A DNA stretch of 64,000 nucleotides, taken from the NCBI RefSeq assembly GCF_964355755.1, contig NC_092677.1, forward strand, positions 9,322,101-9,386,100, in the 5' to 3' direction. Positions 44,601 to 64,000 of the stretch are shown piece after piece (positions within the stretch are counted from its first letter, which is position 1; the number at the start of each line of letters is the position of its first letter). The DNA comes from Antedon mediterranea. Its lineage: Eukaryota > Animalia > Echinodermata. Under the pieces are notes generated by a model. That model was not told the origin of the DNA and did not search any database. It was given only the letters and a program-made list of their open reading frames with translations. The position numbers and the translations under genes were made by a program.

Positions 44601-47457
44601 AGCAAAGCCCTAATTGAGAAATAACTTATTGTTTATTTATTATGAACACTTATCTATTAGTAAACCTAATAAGTACTGGTCTAGCATTTAATGCTTAGTA
44701 AAAACATAGAAGTATTATTATAGTGAACGTTATATAACATACAGTATCTATGGTAAACTTATCTATTAGTAAACCTAATAAGTACTGGTCTAGCATTTAA
44801 GGCTTAGTAAAAACATAGAGGTTATTATAGTGAACGTTATATAACATACAGTATCTATGGTAAAACTTATCTATTAGTAAACCTAATAAGTACTGGTCTA
44901 GCATTTAAGGCTTAGTAAAAACATAGAGGTATTATAATAGTGAACGTTATATAACATACAGTATCTATGGTAAAACTTATCTACTGGTTAGCAAACTACT
45001 GTACTATATATTAAACGTAACAGCATCAGATGATGTTGGAAAAACTCCCAGATTAAGATTAGTCTAAAAAAAATAACACTTTATTGATGTAGATGTAAAT
45101 GCTGATGTGTGGGCTTCAGAAGACCCTGCTGAGGCTAGAGTGGGAGTCAATAGAAACCTATAATTTTTAACAAATTATTAAAAAATAGGAAATTTAAAAG
45201 CATAGTATTGTCATCATATACACCACATATTCATTAACCCTGAGTAATGTTGTACCTTCATGTTAATAGACGCATTCCCTTTCAAGATTCTCATTGACAA
45301 AGTTGGAACGTAAATGCCTCCGTAACTTTCGCCAGTTACATAAAATGAATTATTTGCAAACTGTGGGAACTTGGTGAAGAAATCTTGAAGAGCCAAGTAG
45401 TTATCCATTGATACCTAAAAAAAATAGAATAAATGTTTCCTTTCATATTGGTATTAGTATTTGAAAATCAATATACAAAGCACTCTGTGCTTCCATTTAG
45501 CGCTAAACAAATACTGTTGTTCTGCAAACTGAAGCCGTTACGTGAATGACACAATCTCTCCTTCACGATAAGATCAACAATGGCAATGACAAGAATCTAC
45601 TTTGATGTTATATACCCACATGAATGGTAAAAAATTTCATTTGGTGAAATATGAAATTCTACTTTCACTCTGGCTTTGCCTTATGAAATATAATCATCTT
45701 TCACCTCATGAAATTATTTGTGCCATTGCACTCATAAACATTATTGTTTGTATATTATTATGATGTATTATAATATTCTAAAGGCACTATTGTGTACAAA
45801 CCCACCGTCAACTGTTTAGAAAAATAATAATGTTCATTTGATGAATACAGTAATACACTACAGTTAAATACTGTATAAATACATACACTCTCTATCACTT
45901 ACCTAGAGATTTGGTATTATGTACTACATTATTCGTCCATTATATTTTTTAGATTTCGTTAAAGACCGTTTTTTGTTTAAATTGACTCTTTTTCATTTTG
46001 TTTCTAAATCTAAAATAGTTCATGTATGAGGATCATTAATGTTTAATTAATAATGATTAACAATGTTGTAGTGGGTCTATTGTATTCCCCTAAATGATTT
46101 AGTCTTGGCTAGACATACTTCATCATCATTAGTGGCATATTTCTTGTCGTCCGAGTAGGAAAAACCTACTCCTGCAGGTGCCTCAAGGAATAGAACATTA
46201 GATGCATTGTTCCAGCTGTAAGGGTTCATATAGACAGTTTTCCCATCGTCACGAAGCTGGGAAAGAAGAAGGAAAGAAAAAACATGTTCATTACTGTAAT
46301 AGCTTTTATGAAGTGGTTTTTAGAGCTTCTCTAATAGGCTGCAAACTAAATGGTGTTAACAGGGCCATAGCCACCAGTCATTTATATCTTGTGGCTTCAT
46401 CACTGTGTAATCAAAAGGAATGCTAAAATTACAATATTAACAAACATGTATATACATACACATGTATTTTACTTTTTTTCCCCTTGCAAATTCTTCTTCT
46501 TCCCTTGCCAACTTCTTTTATGTATTATTCAAGAGAAGGCAAGACAAATTATTACGAAAGAATAAATTGGAAAGTAATGGTACTATGACTCCATAGAGTT
46601 TAGCTTTCTGAATGTATAATACAAGAATAGTAAAGAATTTGGGCTGTAACAAAAGGTTTTGAAAGAGTTCATTATTCTAGATGTTTGCTTTTAAGATATT
46701 CATGTGATTGTATGAGGAGGTAAATGTATAAATATTGTCGTACATGAAATGGTCCAAGTTCAGACAGCATTCCATCTAAGGAGCTGCAACCAGGTCCTCC
46801 ATTCATCCACAATGTCACTGGATCGGTTTCTGGTTTTGACTGGGACTCTACAAACCTTTAAAAAAAGATGTTGCATCATCGATTACCGAACATCTTAATT
46901 ATGTGGTGTAAAAACAGTGAACTTTAAAAAAAATATATTTGGAAATATTTATGGATGATTTCATGAATACAGTTTTTAGTCTGATTCCCAGATAAAATGC
47001 ATTCATATGAATGATTGGCTATTCCTAAATTTAAAAATGATTATACAGGTATTGAAATATAGGCCAATAATATAGGCCTATTTATATAGGCCTACGGAAC
47101 TAGGGTCCAATTAATAATTACGTTATTAAAAATTAAACTATAAACTTAACTATCATCATAGGCCTATAATATCAATCAAGGCTTTAGCCTTTGGACCGTT
47201 TCCAAGTGGTAATTGACAGTCAGGGGATAAAGAGTGAGAAATATAAATAACATCTAGGCCTACCAATAGTGTAACTTCTTAGTTCCACTGGCTTTCAAGT
47301 AGCCAGAGTAATGTTTGAAGTTGGGTTGGACCGCTAGACCAGGCAGAGCAAGAACTTCATCAGGGTTGGCTCCTCCGTTCCGTCTGCATTTTACGCTCCC
47401 GACACACACTAGGCCTACACTAACCGTAACCAACAAGGTTAAACAAAAGTTATTCAT
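41610..47457 (-). CDS. CTSA: Lysosomal protective protein / cathepsin A (serine carboxypeptidase S10), ~9 coding exons
   Basis: Signal peptide, then [39 protein letters not shown], catalytic [33 protein letters not shown]. Exons approx 47457-47264, 46855-46744, 46256-46119, 45414-45257, 44609-44519, 43694-43590, 43157-43005, 42628-42495, 41947-41610. Confidence 0.95.
42030..42452. repeat. Low-complexity (ACC/ATC/AAC)n degenerate tandem repeat in a CTSA intron
   Basis: Recurrent AACACCATCATTACC / ATTAGAACACC units. Confidence 0.9.
44319..44434. mobile_element. MITE family A copy (partial copy also at 43179-43243)
   Basis: TTA|AGCTCTGTCTACACTAC...TTTGATAGTATAGACAG. Confidence 0.8.
44649..44984. 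repeat. Tandem repeat, ~109-bp unit x3
   Basis: CTTATCTATTAGTAAACCTAATAAGTACTGGTCTAGC... starts at ~44649, 44758 and 44866. Confidence 0.92.
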
Positions 47458-49219
47458 TGTTAAACAGCGTTTGTTTTGCTGACTTTTAACCAGGTATCAT
47501 TAATTTATCTTTTTTTATACAGCAGATCTGAACAAACAATTTTTTTCCCGTCGCACGAGTTCCGCTTGACCGGTTTCAATCAGGTGGTGTAGAAAATCAC
47601 ATGATTGAAAAGCACGTGGCAAGTTGCGCTTGAATGATTTTGCTCATAATATTGATGATAGACTGCTGTTGATTTCCCTAAATCGGGTCGGGAATCTAGA
47701 TGCCCGAAGCTGTTGACGCGAATTGTTTTTAAAAATACATCACCCAAAAAAAAATAGCAAATAGAGTTTCTTCCATTAGTTTCCCACTTTACTGCAGCAC
47801 GTGTATTTTCAGTCATTATATTATAGGCCTATATAGAACAAAATGTTATAGCCAATTTTGGATCTAACTCCCGTCAAGTCAGTCATTAATATTAATAAAA
47901 ATACACTGCTTTAGCTGTCGGGGAATTGAAACCCGACACAGTTGATGTGAACATCATACCAAAAAATAACCAGGCAAATTAGATTTCTTATTAAATTTCC
48001 ACTTTAAATACTGTTGTATAGTTTAGGTTTAGAACAAAATACAAACAATTCCCGACAACTCTCCCGTCGAGTCGTGCATTTGCATGCATTTGTGTTAAAC
48101 AATAATATAAAGCATTGTTTGGTCCACCACGTACTGTACTAATTCTAAAAACCCATACGGTATATTTTGTACCGGAGATAAAACCTCGAAAAAGTTACTA
48201 TTATTGAAAGACTGAAAAGTATAGGCTTAAACTAATATCTATATTGCACCAAATCAAAATCAAGTAAGCAAATTGCAAAATATATTATTCTTAAATACTG
48301 TTCAAGTATCAATTGGCTATGAATGAACCTTAATGGAGGTGTCCCTAAAAATAAGATTCAAAATATACAAACAATTTGAACCTTGATTCCCACTACAATA
48401 GACGTAACGCAATGACAAGCGGCAGTTGGAATACATCGTATTTTATTGTTCAATTTGCGGTTTACGTCATTGAGTTACGTCCTAGTGAGAAGTCCAAGCT
48501 TACATTCTTAATATCATATTATACGATCTATAATAATTTAATAAAGCAATATCCCATGGGATTACACCTTTTTACTGTAATATAAAAATTATATGATTTT
48601 ATATCGTTTGTTTCGTTTTACTTATATCAAACTGTAAACAAAATTAAAAAAACCCATAAGAAGTTCTTTCGCTAATGTGACGCAATTTCACAGAAACCTT
48701 TCACAACTTTTGGTATTCCCCCCCCCCCCCCCCCCCCGTCTCTGCCACCAATTTTTCGCTTTTGGGACGACCTAAATAAACTAGGCTCATAATGGAGACT
48801 TACTGCCGACCAAGTTCCAATTCCCGTTTTCCTTAATAAGACTGATATTAAACTGAATATAATCGTGAGCTATTTCACTTGCGTTTAAATTTAGATGAAT
48901 AATCTCCATCACTGATGAATTAATTCAATCCATGATGAAGAGTGAACTTTAGTCTTTCACTTAAGACACGTTTCTCTTGAAAAATCGATTGTATAAAAAA
49001 GATCGTGCAGTTAAACATTTCTCAATTGAGACCATTTTTTAAAACCAGACGATCAGGCCTGAATCAGTTTGGGTTTTAAAAACCCTTTTCCAAAACAGGT
49101 TCTTTTTAAAGTGGACGCAGAAGATACCATTCTTCCAAAATACGATATTTAAATCTGTATTCTCTTGCCTAGTAAAAACGGGATCAAAAGTTGTGCGTTT
49201 TAAGGAACTCCCCCACCCT

Positions 49220-58171
<8,952 letters not shown>

Positions 58172-58382
58172 TTTTCCCGTTTTTTTTTTTTTTATTTTCA
58201 ATGAACCCGGAAATGCTTTGTAATACTAATGAATATGCATATGGGCAGTCAAGCGCAGAAAGGTAGTCAAGTGGAACAGCAATCAAAACAACAGTTCAGT
58301 TTCAGTTCAGCAGCTCTCCTCCCAGCAGGCCTAGCCACTGGCCTAGCCAGCTAGCTTTGCCCTATGTTTGTTGCAATTAACA
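58172..58382. promoter_or_regulatory. Bidirectional promoter ITFG1/PHKB
   Basis: Divergent ATGs only 212 bp apart; ETS-type CCGGAA at ~58207. Confidence 0.75.
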
Positions 58383-61300
58383 ATGAACAAAATGGAAAAT
58401 GATTCGTATTCAGAGCTTGTGAAACGACTCAATGATTATTATCATATGAGTAAGGACCTAAATAAACTATAATAATATAATTAATAATGATAAATAACTA
58501 GCTAGGCCTAACTAGCTAAAAGGCTACTACTACTAGGCCTACTAGTACTACTACTACTACTACTACTCTACTAGTAGTAGGGCCTAAGTTAGCCTATATA
58601 AATTTAATTTTTAGTACTGTAGGTCTACCTCCAAGGCCTAGATATTATCAATATTAGTACTAGCCTAGGCCTAGTAGTATTAAGAATAGCTTTATATACT
58701 GTATTCTTAAATTTATTGGATTTAGGTGACATGAAATCGGTTCTGCTAACCTTATATACGCTTTTGATATCGGTCGTGTTTGACGCTGGTTGCGATAGAA
58801 TTAACTTATGGTGTCTATTATTGTATGCAGCGCTGCTAGATACACTTTTAATTATATTGGTCGTGTTAGAAGCAGCAGCTGGTCGCGATAAAATCCACTT
58901 CTGGTATATTGTTGGTACAGTACTGTATACACTTTTGATTGTACCAGTTGTGTTTGACAGTCTTCTTGAATAATACTGTATATTGAAGTTAAAGTTACTC
59001 ATCCTTGTTATCAATAGAAAATTCATTTTCTTCTGCATTAATAATCATAAATATTGCCATAAATTGCAATTATTATAAATAGCAATTATATATTGTATTT
59101 TTTTATAAATTAAAAGTGAAAAACTAAATCATAATCATATGATTAAGTAACGTTAAAATGAGAAATCAAAGTGAAGAAAATATCATGCAAAAGCGATTTT
59201 CTAATCTTCATTGTCACATAATCAAGGCAATCTAACAACAGGACACTGAACGCCTTGCCAAGATAGGAACTCTTACAATCTTTTGATCTTATGTCTGGCT
59301 GCTACAAATACCAACAGTACTGTACTGTGGCGTGTTGTGTCTGTTGTGGCGTGGAACTGATCGTGTTGCAGCCACATATAAACCATTTGATCTCCCGTCC
59401 TGTTGTTAGATTGCCTTTGGATAATAAGTATGATAAGCAGTTATCACAAAATTTATTCATTCATCATACAATTTCTCATTTGTTAATTGATAAAATGTTA
59501 CATTGTTTTGCAGTTAAGAATCAAATATTGCATTACCAATGTCCTACCATTGGAATGTTTCCGTCAGACAGCGATGGGGAGGAGATCAAAGTGAGAGACA
59601 GTGTCTACTGTGCTGCTGCTATCTGGGCATTGGCACTTGCTTACAGGTAAAGATAATTACTGTATAAATCAACTTAATGGCAGATTAAATTTGAACTGTA
59701 AGTGAGGCAGTTTGGCCCAGTGTGTTAGACATTGCACTACTGATTGTGAGTTTAAATCCAACACTCATCACATTGCTTGTATCCTTAGACAAAACACTTT
59801 ACTTGCTTGCCTCTATCCACTAACGGGCATTGATTACTACTGTAGCTGCATTGCACATGCATCGTAGACATGGTTTATAGTTTTACAAAAAACTAAACAT
59901 CTTTACATTCAAATTATGCTATATCTCCTTTTAATTTAACTGTTACTTTTTTGTAATAAGTACTTCAAAAGTACAATTATCTACTCTGAAGTATACGTGC
60001 AAGGTCGTTAAATTTCAGTCATGTTTATTTTTCAGGAATATTGACAATGATCAGGGAAGAACATATGAACTTGAACAAAGTGCTGTAAAATGTATGAGAG
60101 GCATTTTGTATTGCTATCTCAGACAAGCTGATAAGGTAAAATTAACTGATATACAGGGGTCCCAAGTCTACCGCTACTCGCGGTAGTCTACCGCTTTTAG
60201 TACCCATCTACCGCGCTACCGCTATCTCGACGTTTTCTACCGCATTTTGATTTTTTTAACGCATTTTCAAATTTCAAAAAGAAGTAGAAGCCCTAGGCTA
60301 GGCGGCCTAGGCCTGTGCCTAAAGAAATACATAGTGAATGAAAATTAAATTTGAACTCGTCACCAGGACGAGTTAGGTGATCCATGTAAATGCTATACAA
60401 CATGCACTTTAAAATATGTGCACAGAATTTGAGTGTATAGAAAAAAAATAGCAATAGGCTCTTTTATTTGTCTACAATTATGCATGGAGAAATAAGTTAA
60501 ACATTTCTCCAAGAATTGGTCCATTTGATTGTCTTCAACAGAATCCTAATTTAGGATAAATGACTTTCGTAAACACTATTAAGTTAATCCTATCTGAGTC
60601 ATGATCCAACCACCTAATTGATTGTCATCAAATGTCATACCAGGCCAGCTATGTTGATTAATATACCATATTAGAGTTCAGTCAAACCTCTCTAAAGATC
60701 ACTTTATTATTAATTTTACTTTATGTTAATTTTAGGTAGAAAAATTCAAGAAAGACCAGAATGAGAGTAGTGCCCTTCATTCTAAATTCTTACCTGGAAC
60801 TGGTAACCCCCTCACGGGTCGTCATAGACATCTTCAGATCGATGCTGTATCACTATTTCTGCTGTACCTTGTTCAAATGATTTCATCTGGTCTACAGGTA
60901 TAATATTTTATTTTGAACTTTGGAAATTTTTGGGGTGGCAATTATTCTGATGGGTCTGAAAAGTAAGTTAATTTACTGTACTGTATTAACATCTGCAGTC
61001 CTCTTTGATGTTACACATACATGTACACCAACTTTCATTTTCTCTAAGCTTCCACCAAACAGCACTCTATCATCCACAACAACAGCTGAGGTGGACCAGT
61101 ACACAGGAGTAACCTGCCTACTCTTTTAAAAGATGCACTGAGTTCTAAGCCACTGGATCTCAAGTGTACACTGGAGATCCAGTGTACACAATACCTCCAG
61201 TTTTAAGTCATATCAGATCTCCTCTGCTACTTGACTTGACATCAAATTAGTATGGTTGTGCAACTCAAATTCAAAACTTACATTTATGAAGAAAGTATAT

Positions 61301-63985
61301 TTGACCCCTAGATTATTTATAGCATGGATGAAGTTGCATTTATACAGAATCTTGTGTACTATGTTGAGAGAGCCTACAGAACACCAGACTATGGAATGTG
61401 GGAGAGAGGCAGCAAATACAATACTGGCAAATGTGAACTACATGCTAGGTTGGACAAATCAGTTTATCTTTATATTTTAATTATATCTACAATTAAAATT
61501 ATTTATTAAATTTAATTACTAAGTATTGTTAGGCGCTCTGTTCTTTGTAGGGTGCCATATAAAAACTTGTATAGAATAGAATAGAAAATATCATAAGAAG
61601 CCTAAACTAGACCTAAATTTTCTGAAAATGTTATTGTTTTTATATTGAATTTTATATTATTTACTTTATTATGCTTTTAGACCACTTAATCAGTTTTATG
61701 CAATAATATACTGTACCACTGCCTATGTAACTTGCTCTTGAAATTGAAATACTTTTCGCTTGTACCAATTTTGTATTATTTCTAACAATATTAAAGTAAC
61801 TTTGTTCAATCCACAGTTCTGTTGGTATGGCAAAAGCAGCATTGGAGTCTATCAATGGTTTCAATTTATTTGGCAAGGAGGGCACAACATGGTCTGTTAT
61901 GTACGTTGATGTCGACGCCCACTTTCGAAACCGAACCATTATGGAAAGTCTCTTGCCGAGAGAAAGCTCGTCAAAGGTCATTTAAGTTCATTCTTATTGT
62001 TCAATGAAGCCTAGCAGCTTCTTTGCATTGACCTGATGTTGCTGACGAGATTCGAACCCGGAATCTTATAAATTTTAAAGTTATCATATTGTAAAACTTG
62101 CATTCAAGCTGACCTCATTTGCAAACAATTTGGGATTTAGATTTTATTAAAATTTAAAGATGTACTGTCCCCCTGAAAAAATACTTCTTAAAAACGTTTT
62201 TGTTGAATATCCCATTTTAATAGCTATTTATTTTGACTAAAAATATTATTTATTTTGTCAATGTAAGTGAAAAGTCAAGTGAAAACATTAGTTGGGTTTT
62301 TTTTTCTATGGAAGTGATTTCCTTTATTAAAACTACAAAATGGCCTATCAAAGTCTGATTTGATTAATCTTCATTTTCCATGTTCTTGGGGGACAATGCA
62401 TCTTTATATTATTTTTTTCGCAATTATTCTCAAATGTACTTAGTATAAAGTACAAATTACGTCAGAGTAGGGCAAAACTTAACTCTCTGACGCAAAGCTA
62501 CTCCACAGTAGTTAAATACAATTACAAATATCTAAATAGTTATTGGTTTTATTTTTGAAACAGAACACTGATGCATCCTTGCTACCAATGCTAAGCTTTC
62601 CATCCTTTGCTATCGATAATCAACAATTATGTGCACGAACAAAGGAAAAACTGCTTCGCAAGTTAGAAGGAAAGTACGGTATGAAGCGGTTTCTACGAGA
62701 TGGTTATAGCTGTGTACTTGAGGACAAGAACCGACGATATTACAGACCAGCTGAAATTAAGGTACAATAATGATTGATTTGAAGCCATTTGTGAAGAGCA
62801 ATCTACATATTAAGATTTTGTAATTTTTATCCTCATTTTTGCAGTATTCATTTAAGCATTTTTAATCACGGTTTTACGTTTCTATGAGAATAAAATACAT
62901 GAATGTTATATATGAAATAATAAACAGTTACTCAAAAACCATGGTAATATTTTGACCCATTCGCTATATAATATATTTATTTGTAACTATTTAATCACAT
63001 AAATATATTAAATATAGAGATAATTAGAACCTCCTTTGTATTCATATTTTTCAGTTATTTGATGGAATTGAGAGTGAATGGCCAATGTTCTATGCGTACA
63101 TGGTAATTGATGGGGTTGCTAAGGGTAACAACGATCAAGTTGAAGAGTACTATGAGAAGATGTTGTCAAGTTGCATACAAACAGAAGATGGTAAACAAAC
63201 CGATATTTGTGTAATAATAGCAAGGAACTTCCGATTTGCGACGACCGACGACCAAACTATATTGTGTTAGTTCATTGTGCTCATGTGGATTTATTAGGAT
63301 GTGTGTCCTCCCTCCAAACATATACATAAGACATCAATAACAAAGAGGAAATCAGGATAATCTATAGTGTTGGTTGACTTTTAAGGTGGTAGCATTGGTG
63401 GTTGCTGGGATGATGTTAATGATAGTTGTTATTATGATGATACTGATTGTTGCTGATTTTGAAAATTATGGTAGTGAGTTTGATTATAACAGTTGTGGTA
63501 CCTTTAAGATGCAAGCTTAGAAATATGCTTTTTTTTTTGTTTTTTCAGGACTTTTAATGCCAAAATGCTACAATGTCCCCAGAAATTATGTAGACAGGGA
63601 AAAAGCAGAACCTGGTAGTCAGATACGCTGTACAAATGATAATAAAAGTATTTTTCTTTGGGGGCAGTCTATTTTTATCATCGCTCAACTTTTAAGTAAG
63701 TTTAGTTTGTTTTTCAAAAGCGGGGTTTATATAGTATATGTGTATTTACTTTATATGTGATGTGCCCATATATGGACATGATGTCATATCACTACCATAT
63801 TTGGGCACATCACACTTTTTTTGTCAAGCAAGTTTGATAGTGATAACAGAGCTTTAAAATAATTAATTTGATGGTTTGCAGAAGACAAGCTGTTAGAGAT
63901 GGATCAACTTGACCCCATAGGTCGTTACCATAGTAAAGCAACTGTGCGTAAACAAAAACATAACACAAGATATTCAGCATTTGAG
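58383..63985 (+). CDS. PHKB: Phosphorylase b kinase regulatory subunit beta (5' part; continues beyond the window)
   Basis: Exons approx 58383-58449, 59513-59646 ([18 protein letters not shown]), 60036-60135 ([18 protein letters not shown]), 60736-60897 (HLQIDAVSL), 61312-61448 ([19 protein letters not shown]), 61816-61976, 62564-62761, 63055-63190 (FDGIESEWP), 63549-63695, 63882-63985. Confidence 0.95.
58750..58965. repeat. Degenerate ~85-90-bp tandem repeat x2-3 in PHKB intron 1
   Basis: Recurring TA(C/T)ACxCTTTT.AT...GTCGTGTT.GA...GCTGGT.GCGATA. Confidence 0.55.
59701..59870 (+). mobile_element. tRNA-derived SINE (same family as 28670-29100)
   Basis: CTACTGATTGTGAGTTTAAATCCAACACTCATCACATTG..ATCCTTAGACAAAACACTTTACTT. 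Confidence 0.65.
60154..60250. mobile_element. One end of a hAT-like DNA element
   Basis: CAGGGGTCCCAAGT start followed by about five CTACCGC subterminal motifs; no partner end found. Confidence 0.4.
63750..63853. mobile_element. MITE family A copy (left end truncated)
   Basis: GTGATGTGCCCATATATGGACATG...AGTTTGATAGTGATAACAGAGCT|TTA. Confidence 0.8.
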
Positions 63986-64000
63986 GTATGTATGATTAGG

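Noticed and set aside
61151-61184. 34-bp CA...TG palindrome similar in size to the micro-elements
   Set aside because: Different termini (CACTGG) and no flanking 7-bp duplication, so it is not counted in the family.

Overview
AT-rich, intron-rich animal (invertebrate, probably deuterostome/echinoderm-like; taxon is an inference) genomic DNA. I reconstructed eleven spliced protein-coding genes by reading splice sites: APRT(+), NEDD8(-), GMPR(+), PSME3IP1/FAM192A(-), a small divergent stefin-like gene(+), SYS1(+), a 5'-nucleotidase fused to ankyrin repeats(-), cathepsin A(-), ITFG1(-), an intron-containing histone H3 variant(+) nested antisense inside an ITFG1 intron, and the 5' part of PHKB(+). 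Introns carry many Harbinger-type MITEs, tRNA-derived SINEs, Tc1/pogo-type remnants and tandem repeats. Main highlights: (1) the nested, spliced, poly(A)-type H3 that is neither canonical H3.2 nor H3.3; (2) a stefin whose QxVxG inhibitory loop is replaced; (3) a putatively N-acylated cytosolic 5'-nucleotidase-ankyrin fusion with two candidate first coding exons; (4) 19-48 bp palindromic micro-insertions with 7-bp target-site duplications resembling Galileo/P-superfamily elements; (5) a U12 AT-AC intron; (6) two head-to-head gene pairs also found in human (NEDD8/GMPR2, ITFG1/PHKB). All coordinates were counted by hand and may be off by a few bases; no database searches were run.
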